From Macrostomum hystrix (Eukaryota > Animalia > Platyhelminthes): 64,000 bases of DNA. Location of the stretch: the NCBI GenBank assembly GCA_950097015.1, contig CATNEN010000008.1, forward strand, positions 1,054,001-1,118,000. The letters run 5' to 3'. Positions 49,400 through 62,800 of the stretch are shown piece after piece; the stretch's first letter is position 1, and every line of letters begins with the position of its first letter. The notes below the pieces were generated by a model. That model saw nothing but the letters and a program-made list of their open reading frames with translations. It was not told the origin of the DNA and made no database searches. The position numbers were made by a program, and so were the translations under genes.

Positions 49400-52300
49400 C
49401 CTGGAGAAGCCATGAGATTTCCGGGGAAAGCGTAGGTTATTATGTAAATGACATATGATTTATGAGGACGAGAATTAGATTTCCAGGAAAAGGCAAGAGA
49501 CTTCCGGGGTATAGCATGAGATTTCCAGGGTATAGCATGAGATTTCCAGGGAATGGCATGAGATTTCCAGGGTATAGCATGAGATTTCCAGGGTATAGCA
49601 TGAGATTTCCAGGGTATAGCATGAGATTTCCAGGGTATAGCATGAGATTTCCAGGAAATAGCATGAGATTTCAAGGGAATAGCATGAGATTTCCAGGGTA
49701 TAGCATGAGAGTTCCAGGGTATAGCATGAGATTTCCAGGGTATAGCATGAGATTTCCAGGGAATAGCATGAGATTTCCAGGGAATAGCATGAGAGTTCCA
49801 GGGTATAGCATGAGATTTCCAGGGTATAGCATGAGATTTCCAGGGAATAGCATGAGATTTCCAGGGTATAGCATGAGATTTCCGGGGAATAGCATGAGAT
49901 TTCCGGGGAAAGCGTGGGTTATTAAGTAAATGACATATGATTTATGAGGACGAGAATTAGATTTCCAGGAAAAGGCAAGAGACTTCCGGGGTATAGCATG
50001 AGATTTCCAGGGAATGGCATGAGATTTCCAGGGTATAGCATGAGATTTCCAGGGTATAGCATGAGATTTCCAGGGTATAGCATGAGATTTCCAGGGTATA
50101 GCATGAGATTTCCAGGGTATAGCATGAGATTTCCAGGGTATAGCATGAGATTTCCAGGGTATAGCATGAGATTTCCAGGGAATAGCATGAGATTTCCAGG
50201 GTATAGCATGAGATTTCCAGGGGATAGCATTAACAATCGATGTGGAAGCATCTATTATCCAGGAGGAAACACTAATTATCCATGGGAAAGCATGAATTAT
50301 CCAGGAAAATCATAAATTATCCAGGGAAGCATGAAATAACAAGTAACAAGTATGAATTATCAAGGGCGAAGCATGAGTTATCGACAAAATTGCATGACTT
50401 GTTGAGACGGTAGAATAAATTATACAGGGGGTAGCATGCATTTAAAAGGGGAAGCATGAATTAACGTAGGAAAAGCATAAATTAAGAAGATTGCATAAAT
50501 TAATGAGCGGGTAGCAAGATTTGTCCAGGGATAGCATGATGTAACAAAGTGGTAGCATGAACTATTGAGCGGGTAGCAAGATTTGTCCAGGGATAGCATG
50601 ATGTAACAAAGTGGTAGCATGAACTATTGAGGGGAAAGCAAAAAATTTTGACGATGTGACATAAATTATTGAAGAAAAAACAAATTATTTTTAATTAGGT
50701 AGCAAGAATCATCGAGAAGGTACCATTAATTTTCGAGGGAAAAGCATGAATTATCTATTGGGTAGCATGAATTGTCGACCATGGAGCATGAAATATCAAT
50801 GGAGAGAATGTACTATCGACGAAATTGCATGAATTATTAAAGAAAACCATAAACTATCGATTGGGTAGCATGAGTTAACGATGAAAAAGAATGTTACATC
50901 AGTGGGGAAGCATTAACAATCGAAAGTGAAAGCGTGAAATATCCAGGGGAAGAATAATTTATCGATGGAAAGCATGAATTATCGAAGGGGAAGCATGATA
51001 TATGAGGGAAAAGAATGATTTATCGAGGGGGTACCATGAATTTTCAAGGAAGGAGCATGAATTATCGAGGGGAAAGAATGTAACATCGATTGGAAGCATG
51101 AATTATCGAGGAGAAGCGTAAATTATTGGGGGTAAAGCATGAATCATCGAAGAGAAGCATAAATTATTGTGGGGACAGCATGAATCATCGAAGAGAAGCA
51201 TAAATTATTGGGGGGACAGCATGAATCATCGAAGAGAAGCATAAATTATTGGGGGTAAAGCATGAATCATCGAAGAGAAGCATAAATTATTGGGGGTAAA
51301 GCATGAATCATCGAAGAGAAGCATAAATTATTGTGGGGACAGCATGAATCATCGAGGAGAAGCATAAATTATTGGGGGGACAGCATGAATCATCGAGGAG
51401 AAGCATAAATTATTGTGGGGACAGCATGAATCATCGAGGAGAAGCATAAATTATTGTGGGACAGCATGAATCATCGAGGAGAAGCATAAATTATTGTGGG
51501 ACAGCATGAATCATCGAGGAGAAGCATAAATTATTGTGGGACAGCATGAATCATCGAGGAGAAGCATAAATTATTGTGGGGACAGCATGAATCATCGAGG
51601 AGAAGCATAAATTATTGTGGGGACAGCATGAATTTTCGAGGGAAGCGTAAATTATTGTGGGGACAGCATGAATTATCGAGGGGAAGCGTAAATTATTGTG
51701 GGGACAGCATGAATTTTCGAGGAGAAGCATAAATTATTGTGGGGACAGCATGAATTATCGAGGAGAAGCATAAATTATTGGGGGGACAGCATGAATTATC
51801 GAGGAGAAGCATAAATTATTGGGGGGACAGCATGAATTATCGAGGAGAAGCATAAATTATTGTGGGGACAGCATGAATTATCGAGGAGAAGCATAAATTA
51901 TTGGGGGGACAGCATGAATTATCGAGGAGAAGCATAAATTATTGTGGGGACAGCATGAATTATCGAGGAGAAGCATAAATTATTGGGGGGACAGCATGAA
52001 TCATCGAGGAGAAGCATAAATTATTGTGGGGACAGCATGAATTTTCGAGGAGAAGCGTAAATTATTGGGGGGAAAGCATGAATTATCGAGGAGAAGCATA
52101 AATTATTGGGGGGACAGCATGAATTATCGAGGAGAAGCATAAATTATTGTGGGGACAGCATGAATTTTCGAGGAGAAGCGTAAATTATTGGGGGGAAAGC
52201 ATGAATTATCGAGGAGAAGCATAAATTATTGGGGGGAAAGCATGAATTTTCGAGGGGAAGCGTAAATTATTGGGGGGGAAGCATGAATTTTCGAGGGGAA

Positions 52301-52830
52301 GCGTAAATTATTGGGGGGGAAGCATGAATTTTCGAGGGGAAAGAATGTAACATCGAGGGGAAGCATGAATTTTCGAGGGGAAAGAATGTAACATCGAGGG
52401 GAAGCATGAATTTTCGAGGGGAAAGAATGTGACATCGAGGGAAGGATGAATTTTCGAGGGAAGCATAAATTATCAAAGGGTAAAATTGTTGTTCAACTGG
52501 CTTGCATGAATTATTGAGGGGTAAAGAATAAATGAAGATATCAATTTTTTTATTCCAGAAATCATGGATAGCAACATGATATATTGCGTGTCGTTTGTGG
52601 GTAAAAGCATTAGACATCTAAGTAATATCTTGATTTCTTGTAAGAATTTTATGAGATTGCCAGGAGAAAGAATGAGATTTTCAGGTAATCGTTTTCAGGG
52701 AAATTTTTTAAGACGATAGCATGATTTTGTAAAGAGGGTAGCATGATTTATCGAAGGGGTAGCATGAATTATTGAGGAGAAAGCATAAACTGTCGAGGGG
52801 AAGCATGAAACTACGAGGGAAAGAATGAAT
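49400..52830. repeat. Compound minisatellite complex: 21-bp arrays, a degenerate zone, then a 41-bp (20+21) array
   Basis: AGCATGAGATTTCCAGGGTAT at 49500-50225; CAGCATGAATTATCGAGGAGAAGCATAAATTATTGTGGGGA at about 51130-52260. Confidence 0.92.
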
Positions 52831-52843
52831 TATCAAGGGGAAA

Positions 52844-53172
52844 GGACATTAGTTCTCTGCTGCTGAGGGGACATTAGTTCTCTGCTGCTGAGGGGACATT
52901 AGTTCTCTGCTGCTGAGGGGACATTAGTTCTCTGCTGCTGGCGGGACATTAGTTCTCTGCTGCTGAGGGGACATTAGTTCTCTGCTGCTGAGGGGACATT
53001 AGTTCTCTGCTGCTGAGGGGACATTAGTTCTCTGCTGCTGGCGGGACATTAGTTCTCTGCTGCTGAGGGGACATTAGTTCTCTGCTGCTGAGGGGACATT
53101 AGTTCTCTGCTGCTGAGGGGACATTAGTTCTCTGCTGCTGAGGGGACATTAGTTCTCTGCTGCTGAGGGGAC
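52844..53172. repeat. 25-bp minisatellite, about 13 copies
   Basis: Unit GGACATTAGTTCTCTGCTGCTGAGG. Confidence 0.95.
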
Positions 53173-54134
53173 AGTATTCGCATGTACCTTTGTAGCATTA
53201 AGCTGAGTAGTATCAAACGTAAGTTACTTTTGTAATTTTGCCCCAATGGGGCTCTTGGTGTACAGACGGATGTCGCAGAATGTATTCGAGCTCAGACTAA
53301 ATATTTTTGTATTTAGTGAGAATTCAAATTCTTGTTGAATCGCAATCAAGTATATTCGCAATCAGGGAAATTATTTCTGACGAAATGAGTTTTCGTTTTC
53401 TTTTACTTTCAGGTGTGTTTTGTCATTACATGTCATTACTGCATTACACTGTTTTGTCTGAACAGTAGTGCCCCCCAAGGGGGGCTTAGTGTGCTAGTCT
53501 ATTTCTATAATTTCTAGCCTTCTATCTAAATGCATGTGCGCTACTGAGAGTAGTTTTGGGGTATTATTGGCTACTATTTTTATGACGAGTCAGGAATTAT
53601 TGTCCTATTAATATTTTTTGAGGTATTTTTTGAGGTTTAAAAGTAATTTATTGAGGTGTCCGCCACACTGAGAGGCTGCAACAATTCCTGTGGCGAGACA
53701 CGATTTGAATATCTTATAGGAACCCGCAAAAAAACCCTGTTTGGCAACTGGACGAACAAGCTATTCAAACTGAGGCCATAAATTACTCCTGGTTAGTATT
53801 TTATGATAGAGAAGCTGTAATATTCATACCTTCAGCATTTCTTTCTCTGCGCTTTTTTAATATGCAAAGCAATTCAGGTAAAATAATACTTGCTCACGTG
53901 TTAGACAAGGGTCTCTAACTCTGCTGCCACAGTCTATTGAGCTCCTGGCTGGCGTGGCACGTGTTGAGTCGTTCTTATCTAGTTTTTTTCTGTGCTCAAG
54001 CTGGCGGGTAGACAGAGATATTTGTTCAGCTGTGATATATAAGTGGCTGCAAATGATACGCAGATGGGCTTAAAGACACTCCGAACAGAAAAAACCTTTG
54101 CCAGCAACAGACTCTCATCAGTGTTGAACCCGCC

Positions 54135-54782
<648 letters not shown>

Positions 54783-55477
54783 AGTGGTACACAAGGCTGG
54801 CTGGTCGAAATTAGAAGTTACAAAAAACGGCGCGATTTTTTACTTAAACATTTTATTACGTTTGTTTCCATAAAATGTAAAAAAAATATTCTATCAAAGA
54901 ATACAGTTCTTGGTACATAAATAATAGTTTAAAAGCATAAAAATGCTGCCTAATGTAAGTTAAAAATAGGGTAAAAAGGCGCAGCAGTCTAATATTAGTT
55001 TTTCATATTTTATTTTTTACAAAAAATTACAATAATTTTTTTTAATTACAAGCAATTTGATATTTGTTGACAAGAGATTAAAGTGAAGCGAGAGCTGGAG
55101 ACGGCTGAAATCGAGTCTAAAATAATTCCGTGTTTCAAAACAAACTGAGGCGGAAAATAATTTAAATGTTTCGTCGAATTTCCTCCGTCGAGGAATGATA
55201 CTTCACGCTAGAACGATTCAAAGCTAGAAAAACAAGCAAATCAGGCAATCAGCTTTGTTATGATGAGGGCTGATAGCGGATATGCAGAATGAATCAAATA
55301 TTTAAAAAAATATTTTTCGAGTCTACCAAAGTTTAAATACACAAGCCGGCACACGCTAAAACAGACCTGGCATAGGCGTTACTTTCTCATTGCTGGGATT
55401 TTTAATTATGGATTAGTCCTATAGTGAGGAAAAAACGCGTAACAAGTCCCAATCAGGAAATTTGTTTCTTAGTTTCG

Positions 55478-55650
55478 TTTCTTAGAAACGAAGTTTCGTT
55501 TCTTAGAAAAGAAAGTTTTTAAGTTTCTTAGAAACGAAGTTTCGTTTCTTAGAAAAGAAAGTTTTTAAGTTTCTTAGAAACGAAGTTTCGTTTCTTAGAA
55601 AAGAAAGTTTTTAAGTTTCTTAGAAACGAAAGTTTTTAAGTTTCTTAGAA
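55478..55650. repeat. 46-bp (21+25) tandem repeat, about 3.7 copies, at the truncated end of the mariner remnant
   Basis: TTCTTAGAAACGAAGTTTCGT + TTCTTAGAAAAGAAAGTTTTTAAGT. Confidence 0.9.
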
Positions 55651-55694
55651 AGAATTTTCTGCGGCTGCATGGCGTTGACAGAAAAATACACTAT

Positions 55695-56140
55695 CGATGC
55701 AGTGTGAGCGCTCGCGTTGTCCTGGTGCAGCTGGATGCCTCGGGTTCCAGTGTTTGGTCGCCTCTGGCACCAAACGCTGATGATTTGAGGAATGCAGTGG
55801 CTGGTGTACCATGCTGCAGTCACTGTGCGATGGTCCTCAAGGGGCACCGACACCAGATGGCCGGAGACGGTGATGAAGGAGGCCACCATCTTCTTTCCGA
55901 CACTCCGGGGCCTCTGCAACTTTGTCAGATGGTCATCACGGGAAAAGCACCTGACTGTGGACTGACGCTTTGTCTCTGGGTCATGCTGGCATACCCAAGT
56001 CTCATCACCACCAACAATGTCAAAAAGCTTTCTTGATGCTCCTCCGTCGAATTCTTTCAGCGTTTTCTCGCACCAGTCCCCCTTGCCTGTCTCTGCTGAA
56101 GTGACAGCGAATGGGGTACCCATCGGGCGCACAGCTTACT
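55695..56140 (-). mobile_element. Mariner (DD34D) transposase remnant, frameshifted and truncated
   Basis: KLCARWVPHSL (WVPHEL-like linker), then a frameshift into WCEKTL...IVGGDETW..HDPETKRQS...GKKM...HQDNASAHTA. The YSPDL motif and third Asp are absent; TIRs were not recognised. Confidence 0.88.
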
Positions 56141-56749
56141 TTAGTGATCATTGGTCCCAACATAATGAGTTGTACTTACCACCTCGAGGTTTTTAGCAGT
56201 TTGAATCGGCGCTTTGTTACCGAAAGGATGACAGCTTTCTATCAAAAACACTGCGGCCACTGACAAGATGCTATCTATTCATTACTTGTGCTTTTTGTTT
56301 ATTATCAAAGCCCAAGTGAAAGTGCTTGTCACTTAAATTTTGACGAAAAATAAAAAATCTGACAGTTTATTATAGCATATTCGCGTTCTGAAAAGCGGAG
56401 TGTTTACTAAGCGGAGTGAAAAGCGTAGGCTATAAGATGCAGAGATCGGGCGAACTTCGGTCAATGATTGCTGCCAAGGTTTTGCCTTTGTTGCTAATTT
56501 AAGCACTTCGCACTTAAATATTAACTTATAAAAAGTGATCCTTTTTGCGCAATAGAACATCGCATAAGCTTACAGAAATGCTATTTTGGTTTGCTTTTAT
56601 TTCGAGACTTTTCTAGTTAACTTAATTTAATACTTTTTTAATAAACTTGGAGTCATGGCAGAAAGTCATTAGTTTATTACGTGATTAACTGATGCTCACC
56701 TGTAAGGACGATGAGCATACGAGCGTGCATTCCACGACTTGCTTCTAGT

Positions 56750-56890
56750 AGCCAATGGGAGCCGACTGGTCCAAATTTGGATTTCTTTCAGCATGGGGCC
56801 AGCAGGAAAAACTAATTGCGGGTGGTGTTGAGGTGGGGTGGGTAGCGGCCCTCCCGGTGGGGGCGGCGGCCGCCAAGCCTATATATACTG
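56750..56890 (+). promoter_or_regulatory. Putative Pol II core promoter of the Cys-rich gene
   Basis: CCAAT at 56752, GGGCGG at 56861 and TATATATA at 56880, in canonical order upstream of the first exon. Confidence 0.5.
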
Positions 56891-57096
56891 ATTGCCGGTC
56901 GGGCTAAACTAGCACACATAGTTGTCAGCCGATGTTAGGAGAATCGTATAGAAGGCAGAGTTGGATTCATAGAGCGATTAAAGAGATGCATCGAGAACGC
57001 TGCGTAAGTTCATTTTATCGATTTATCGATTTAGCAATGTATCGATTTTGTGAGTTTGTCCTAAACATGCATCTTGATTGCTTACAGGCCATCCCC

Positions 57097-57513
57097 ATGG
57101 AGCTTTCCTGCGCTCTGCTATTGCTTCTGCTAATCGGGTCCAATGGTACCTGGGCCATCGCTGTGGGCTCGAATCTCAGACAGTCGCGTCAGCCTTTCTA
57201 CGCTGTTGGCAGCGCCCGAACTGTGGCCTGTCACAGAGACTGCGAATCGCGGTACGGGGCTTGCTGCGCCGCCAACGGCAAGGTCGCCTGTCGCACAGAC
57301 TGTGCCAGGAGCAAGTTCCGCTGCGGCCAGTCCTGCGGTCCGTCCATGCCAGCCTGCCAGTCCAGCTGCTTCGAAGGCTTCTTCGACTGCATCAGCGACT
57401 GCGTCGATGCTCACCAGCTGCGCGCCTCGTGCACCAGGGCCTGCAGCGATCGCTACATGGGCTTCAAGGGCTGCGTAGTGACCTGCAGCAGAACGAAACC
57501 GTTTGGCTTCTAG
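57097..57513 (+). CDS. Secreted cysteine-rich protein with repeated CX3C motifs, 138 aa (possible upstream in-frame start at 56932 via exon 56932-57003)
   Basis: Signal-like MELSCALLLLLLIGSNGTWA and 16 Cys in the mature part. Intron 57004-57087 (GTAAGT..TTACAG) lies upstream; TATA/GC/CCAAT boxes upstream and AATAAA downstream. Confidence 0.8.
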   Translation: MELSCALLLLLLIGSNGTWAIAVGSNLRQSRQPFYAVGSARTVACHRDCESRYGACCAANGKVACRTDCARSKFRCGQSCGPSMPACQSSCFEGFFDCISDCVDAHQLRASCTRACSDRYMGFKGCVVTCSRTKPFGF

Positions 57514-57851
57514 AGCATGTTTAGCAGCAGTTTGCTGAAGCAGCAGCAGCAGCAGCAGCAGCTGGGGGACTGGTTTATCGACGAGGTGATTCGTCGAAAT
57601 AATGCGTCCCCAAAACTAAAAAATGTGTCTCAGCTTCGTAAAAAAAGACAATCATTTAAACCAGAGAATCTGTATTCCGTTCTGTTAGCCGCATCTCATG
57701 TCCTCTCTAAACTCTGCGTGCGTGTGATTTTGTCGTTCCAACTCGTTTCCCGACTCACGACCCCGGATTAAACTTCTCATTCGCTCGGCATCGCTTTTTA
57801 GTTTTTGTGTCGCCGCATTTTTTACCTTCATCAATAGATTACTATCCAGCG

Positions 57852-57857
57852 AATAAA
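57852..57857 (+). terminator. Putative polyadenylation signal of the Cys-rich gene
   Basis: AATAAA about 340 nt after the stop at 57513. Confidence 0.35.
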
Positions 57858-59864
57858 GCAATACAAAATCAATCGAGTTGGCCTGAGATCAGACTGTGTT
57901 TCGAAGCGTGTTGTTCCGTCAAGCCACCGTGACGTCCTCTAGTTGTGTACAAACTGTTAGCTCATACTAAATCGTATGCTTCTGCTACGATCAACGAAAT
58001 AAACCGGATAGTGAAATAAGGAATTTTGTTTTATCCTTAAGCATTCAAAGCAACATATGTCCCGGCTTTTTCTTAAAGATTTAGAGTTACTACGGGCTCG
58101 TAAAACACCAAAAAATGAGTTGCTATGGGTAGCCATCCCTATAATGTCAAGTCGAACAGCCCGAGCTTCTAAATTTAGAATCTACAAGCAATTTCAAGAT
58201 TTAAATATCTGTACAAACTTCAGCTGAACTCAGTACATTTCACTTATTAAATTCGAAGTCACTCTAAGTTGCTTTCTAGGCCCAAACTGTTAAGTCCTCT
58301 GTATAGGTTAGACTCTTGCTAGGAATGCAGTGTAGATTGTATTCGAGTGACCCTTGAGTAGCTCACAATGCAACCGAAAGAGAAAGAAGGTCAGGCATTG
58401 GGCAGCTATCTGCCAGCGATACACCATTAGATTACATTTGTTCACACTGCTTGCACACCGACCCTGGCGCACACCCCCAAACGACCAAATCTATCGAGGG
58501 ACCAAAGTGGACTGGCCAACAGCTGAAGCTTAGTTGCTAGGTCACAACTCGGCCTAAGGGCGGCCCCCTAACCTATAGAAAATTGTTTGACTTGACACGA
58601 ACTTTGTCTTTGAAGAATTAACGAATGAAAGAATGAAAGAATGAATGAACTTTGACTTCACATTCTTTAAAAAAATTCGTTAAACTTGTATACGTACTTG
58701 TAAATGAAATCCACAGTATGGGACCACCAAGCCATTTCTTATACAAAGGGGGGAAATCCCCCCTGTAAATTTTTTAGGTAGCGCCTGAATGCTAACAGCG
58801 TTGCGTAGTGACTGATTGATTGACAGACTAGGCGATGATGTAATTTGGTTGAGCTACGCCTAATATTTTGTCTTGAGCAGTGAAATTGGAGGAATTCGCA
58901 TCAAGGTGTCCATAGGCATATTTCCACCAGTTGTAGCCCCTTGAAGGTCCAGCAAATCCGTCTAGATAAAGGTAGGTGACCATGACCACCGAAGGCGGAG
59001 ATGTTGCAGGCACATTCGGGTGACATGCTGATCAATTTTGGCCTGACAAGGCCTGGCAAGGCCGCACTGAGGCGCCGTGCTAATTCGTGTATAGGGGGGG
59101 GGATCAAATACATCCTTAAGGGAAAAATCTCACCTTCGGCCAGAGCCATAATGAAATATGAAATTTCGTGTGCTTGCGTTTCTCCGTTCGTTCGTTTCTC
59201 TTTTCCCCATAGACTAAGTTGTGCTTGATTGGCGGGATTGACGTAATTTTTAGCATTTGCCTCAGTGTCAGGTCAAAATCCAAAATATTCACAAAAAAAC
59301 TGATTTTACCCTTATCGCGTGCCTAATCTGACTTCTGTCTGCTCTGACGTGAATAATACAGTATTCACTCCACTCCACTGACTCTTCAACTTGCTGGGTG
59401 ATCTCAGAATAGGGATCATTTTTTCCTCACTGGAACTTTTGTTTGTTTGCCATCTTCTAGGGGAGAGTCATCTTATTGACGAGCAGGACAAACAAAGGTG
59501 AGCCAGGTGCGCCTAAAGACTTGCTCAGGTGGAGAGAGAATCTATTGCAGAGGCGAACTTGTGTGAAGAAAGTTTGCCTTGTACTTTAATTGCTTCACTC
59601 CGAGAGCACACCTGGACAGTGCTTGATAGATAATTAACTGCTTAGCTTAATTAAAGCAATGAATTGCCTCTAGCGTATTAATTTAAATTATCGACTACTG
59701 ACGAATAAAAAAATGAGAAAGCTTTGAACTGCACACATATATTTTATGTAAACGATAAATTTAACTCAAGCCATATATGGAATATTTGGAAATTTATGCA
59801 TTTTTGGATTCTTGTCTAAAATGTCTCACTGCGAATTTATTTACCTGACTAATTAGGAACTAAC

Positions 59865-62800
59865 AGGTATTAAAACCCATTACCGAATACTTGAAGCACC
59901 TGTCTAACAGGTATTGGAACACATTCCCAAATATTTGAGGCACCCGTCTAACAGGCATTGGAAAAAATTCCCGAATATTGGAAGCACCTGTCTAACAGGT
60001 ATTGGAACACATTCCCGAATATTTGAAGCATCTGTCTAACAGGTATCGGAACACATTCCCGAATATTTGAGGCACCCGTCTAACAGGTATTGGAATACAT
60101 TCCCAAATATTTGAGGCACCCGTCTAACAGGTATTGGAACACATTCCCGAATATTTGAGGCAACCGTCTAACAGGCATTGGAACACATTCCCGAATATTT
60201 GAAGCACCTGTCTAACAGGTATTGGAACAAATTCCCGAATATTTGAAGCACCTGTCTAACAGATATTGGAACACATTCCCGAATATTTGAGGCATCCGTC
60301 TAACAGGTATGGGAACACATTCCCAATTATTTGAGGCACCCGTCTAACAGGTATTGGAACACATTCCCGAATATTTGAAGCACCTGTCTAACAGGTATTG
60401 GAACACATTCCCGAATATTTGAGGCACCTGTCTAAGAGGTATTGGAAGACATTCCCGAATATTTGAAGCACCTGTCTAACAGGTATTAAAACCCATTACC
60501 GAATACTTGAAGCACCTGTCTAACAGGTATTAAAACCCATTACCGAATACTTGAAGCACCTGTCTAACAGGTATTGGAACACATTCCCGAATATTTGAAG
60601 CATCTGTCTAACAGGTATTGGAACACATTCCCGAATATTTGAAGCACCTGTCTAACAGGTATTGGAACAAATTCCCGAATATTTGAGGCACCCGTCTAAC
60701 AGGCATTGGAACACATTCCCGAATATTTGAGGCACCCGTCTAACAGGCATTGGAACACATTCCCGAATATTTGAAGCACCTGTCTAACAGGTATTGGAAC
60801 ACATTCCCGAATATTTGAGGCACCTGTCTAAGAGGTATTGGAAGACATTCCCGAATATTTGAAGCACCTGTCTAACAGGTATTAAAACCCATTACCGAAT
60901 ACTTGAAGCACCTGTCTAACAGGTATTAAAACCCATTACCGAATACTTGAAGCACCTGTCTAACAGGTATTGGAACACATTCCCGAATATTTGAAGCATC
61001 TGTCTAACAGGTATCGGAACACATTCCCGAATATTTGAGGCACCCGTCTAACAGGTATTGGAACACATTCCCGAATATTTGAGGCACCCGTCTAACAGGC
61101 ATTGGAACACATTCCCGAATATTTGAAGCATCTGTCTAACAGGTATCGGAACACATTCCCGAATATTTGAGGCACCCGTCTAACAGGTATTGGAACACAT
61201 TCCCAATTATTTGAGGCACCCGTCTAACAGGTATTGGAACACATTCCCGAATATTTGAGGCACCCGTCTAACAGGCATTGGAACACATTCCCGAATATTT
61301 GAAGCACCTGTCTAACAGGTATTGGAACAAATTCCCGAATATTTGAAGCACCTGTCTAGCAGATATTGGAACACATTCCCGAATATTTGAAGCATCTGTC
61401 TAACAGGTATCGGAACACATTCCCGAATATTTGAGGCACCCGTCTAACAGGTATTGGAACACATTCCCAATTATTTGAGGCACCCGTCTAACAGGTATTG
61501 GAACACATTCCCGAATATTTGAAGCACCTGTCTAACAGGTATTGGAACACATTCCCGAATATTTGAGGCACCTGTCTAAGAGGTATTGGAAGACATTCCC
61601 GAATATTTGAAGCACCTGTCTAACAGGTATTAAAACCCATTACCGAATACTTGAAGCACCTGTCTAACAGGTATTAAAACCCATTACCGAATACTTGAAG
61701 CACCTGTCTAACAGGTATTGGAACACATTCCCGAATATTTGAAGCACCTGTCTAACAGGTATCGGAACACATTCCCGAATATTTGAGGCACCCGTCTAAC
61801 AGGTATTGGAACACATTCCCGAATATTTGAGGCACCCGTCTAACAGGCATTGGAACACATTCCCGAATATTTGAGGCACCCGTCTAACAGGCATTGGAAC
61901 ACATTCCCGAATATTTGAAGCACCTGTCTAACAGGTATTGGAACACATTCCCGAATATTTGAGGCACCTGTCTAAGAGGTATTGGAAGACATTCCCGAAT
62001 ATTTGAAGCACCTGTCTAACAGGTATTAAAACCCATTACCGAATACTTGAAGCACCTGTCTAACAGGTATTAAAACCCATTACCGAATACTTGAAGCACC
62101 TGTCTAACAGGTATTGGAACACATTCCCGAATATTTGAAGCATCTGTCTAACAGGTATCGGAACACATTCCCGAATATTTGAGGCACCCGTCTAACAGGT
62201 ATTGGAACACATTCCCGAATATTTGAGGCACCCGTCTAACAGGCATTGGAACACATTCCCGAATATTTGAAGCACCTGTCTAACAGGTATTGGAACACAT
62301 TCCCGAATATTTGAAGCATCTGTCTAACAGGTATCGGAACACATTCCCGAATATTTGAGGCACCCGTCTAACAGGTATTGGAACACATTCCCAATTATTT
62401 GAGGCACCCGTCTAACAGGTATTGGAACACATTCCCGAATAATTGAGGCACCCGTCTAACAGGCATTGGAACACATTCCCGAATATTTGAAGCACCTGTC
62501 TAACAGGTATTGGAACAAATTCCCGAATATTTGAAGCACCTGTCTAGCAGATATTGGAACACATTCCCGAATATTTGAAGCATCTGTCTAACAGGTATCG
62601 GAACACATTCCCGAATATTTGAGGCACCCGTCTAACAGGTATTGGAACACATTCCCAATTATTTGAGGCACCCGTCTAACAGGTATTGGAACACATTCCC
62701 GAATATTTGAGGCATCCGTCTAACAGGCATTGGAACACATTCCCGAATATTCGAGGCACCCGTCTAACAGGCATTGGAACACATTCCCGAATATTTGAAG

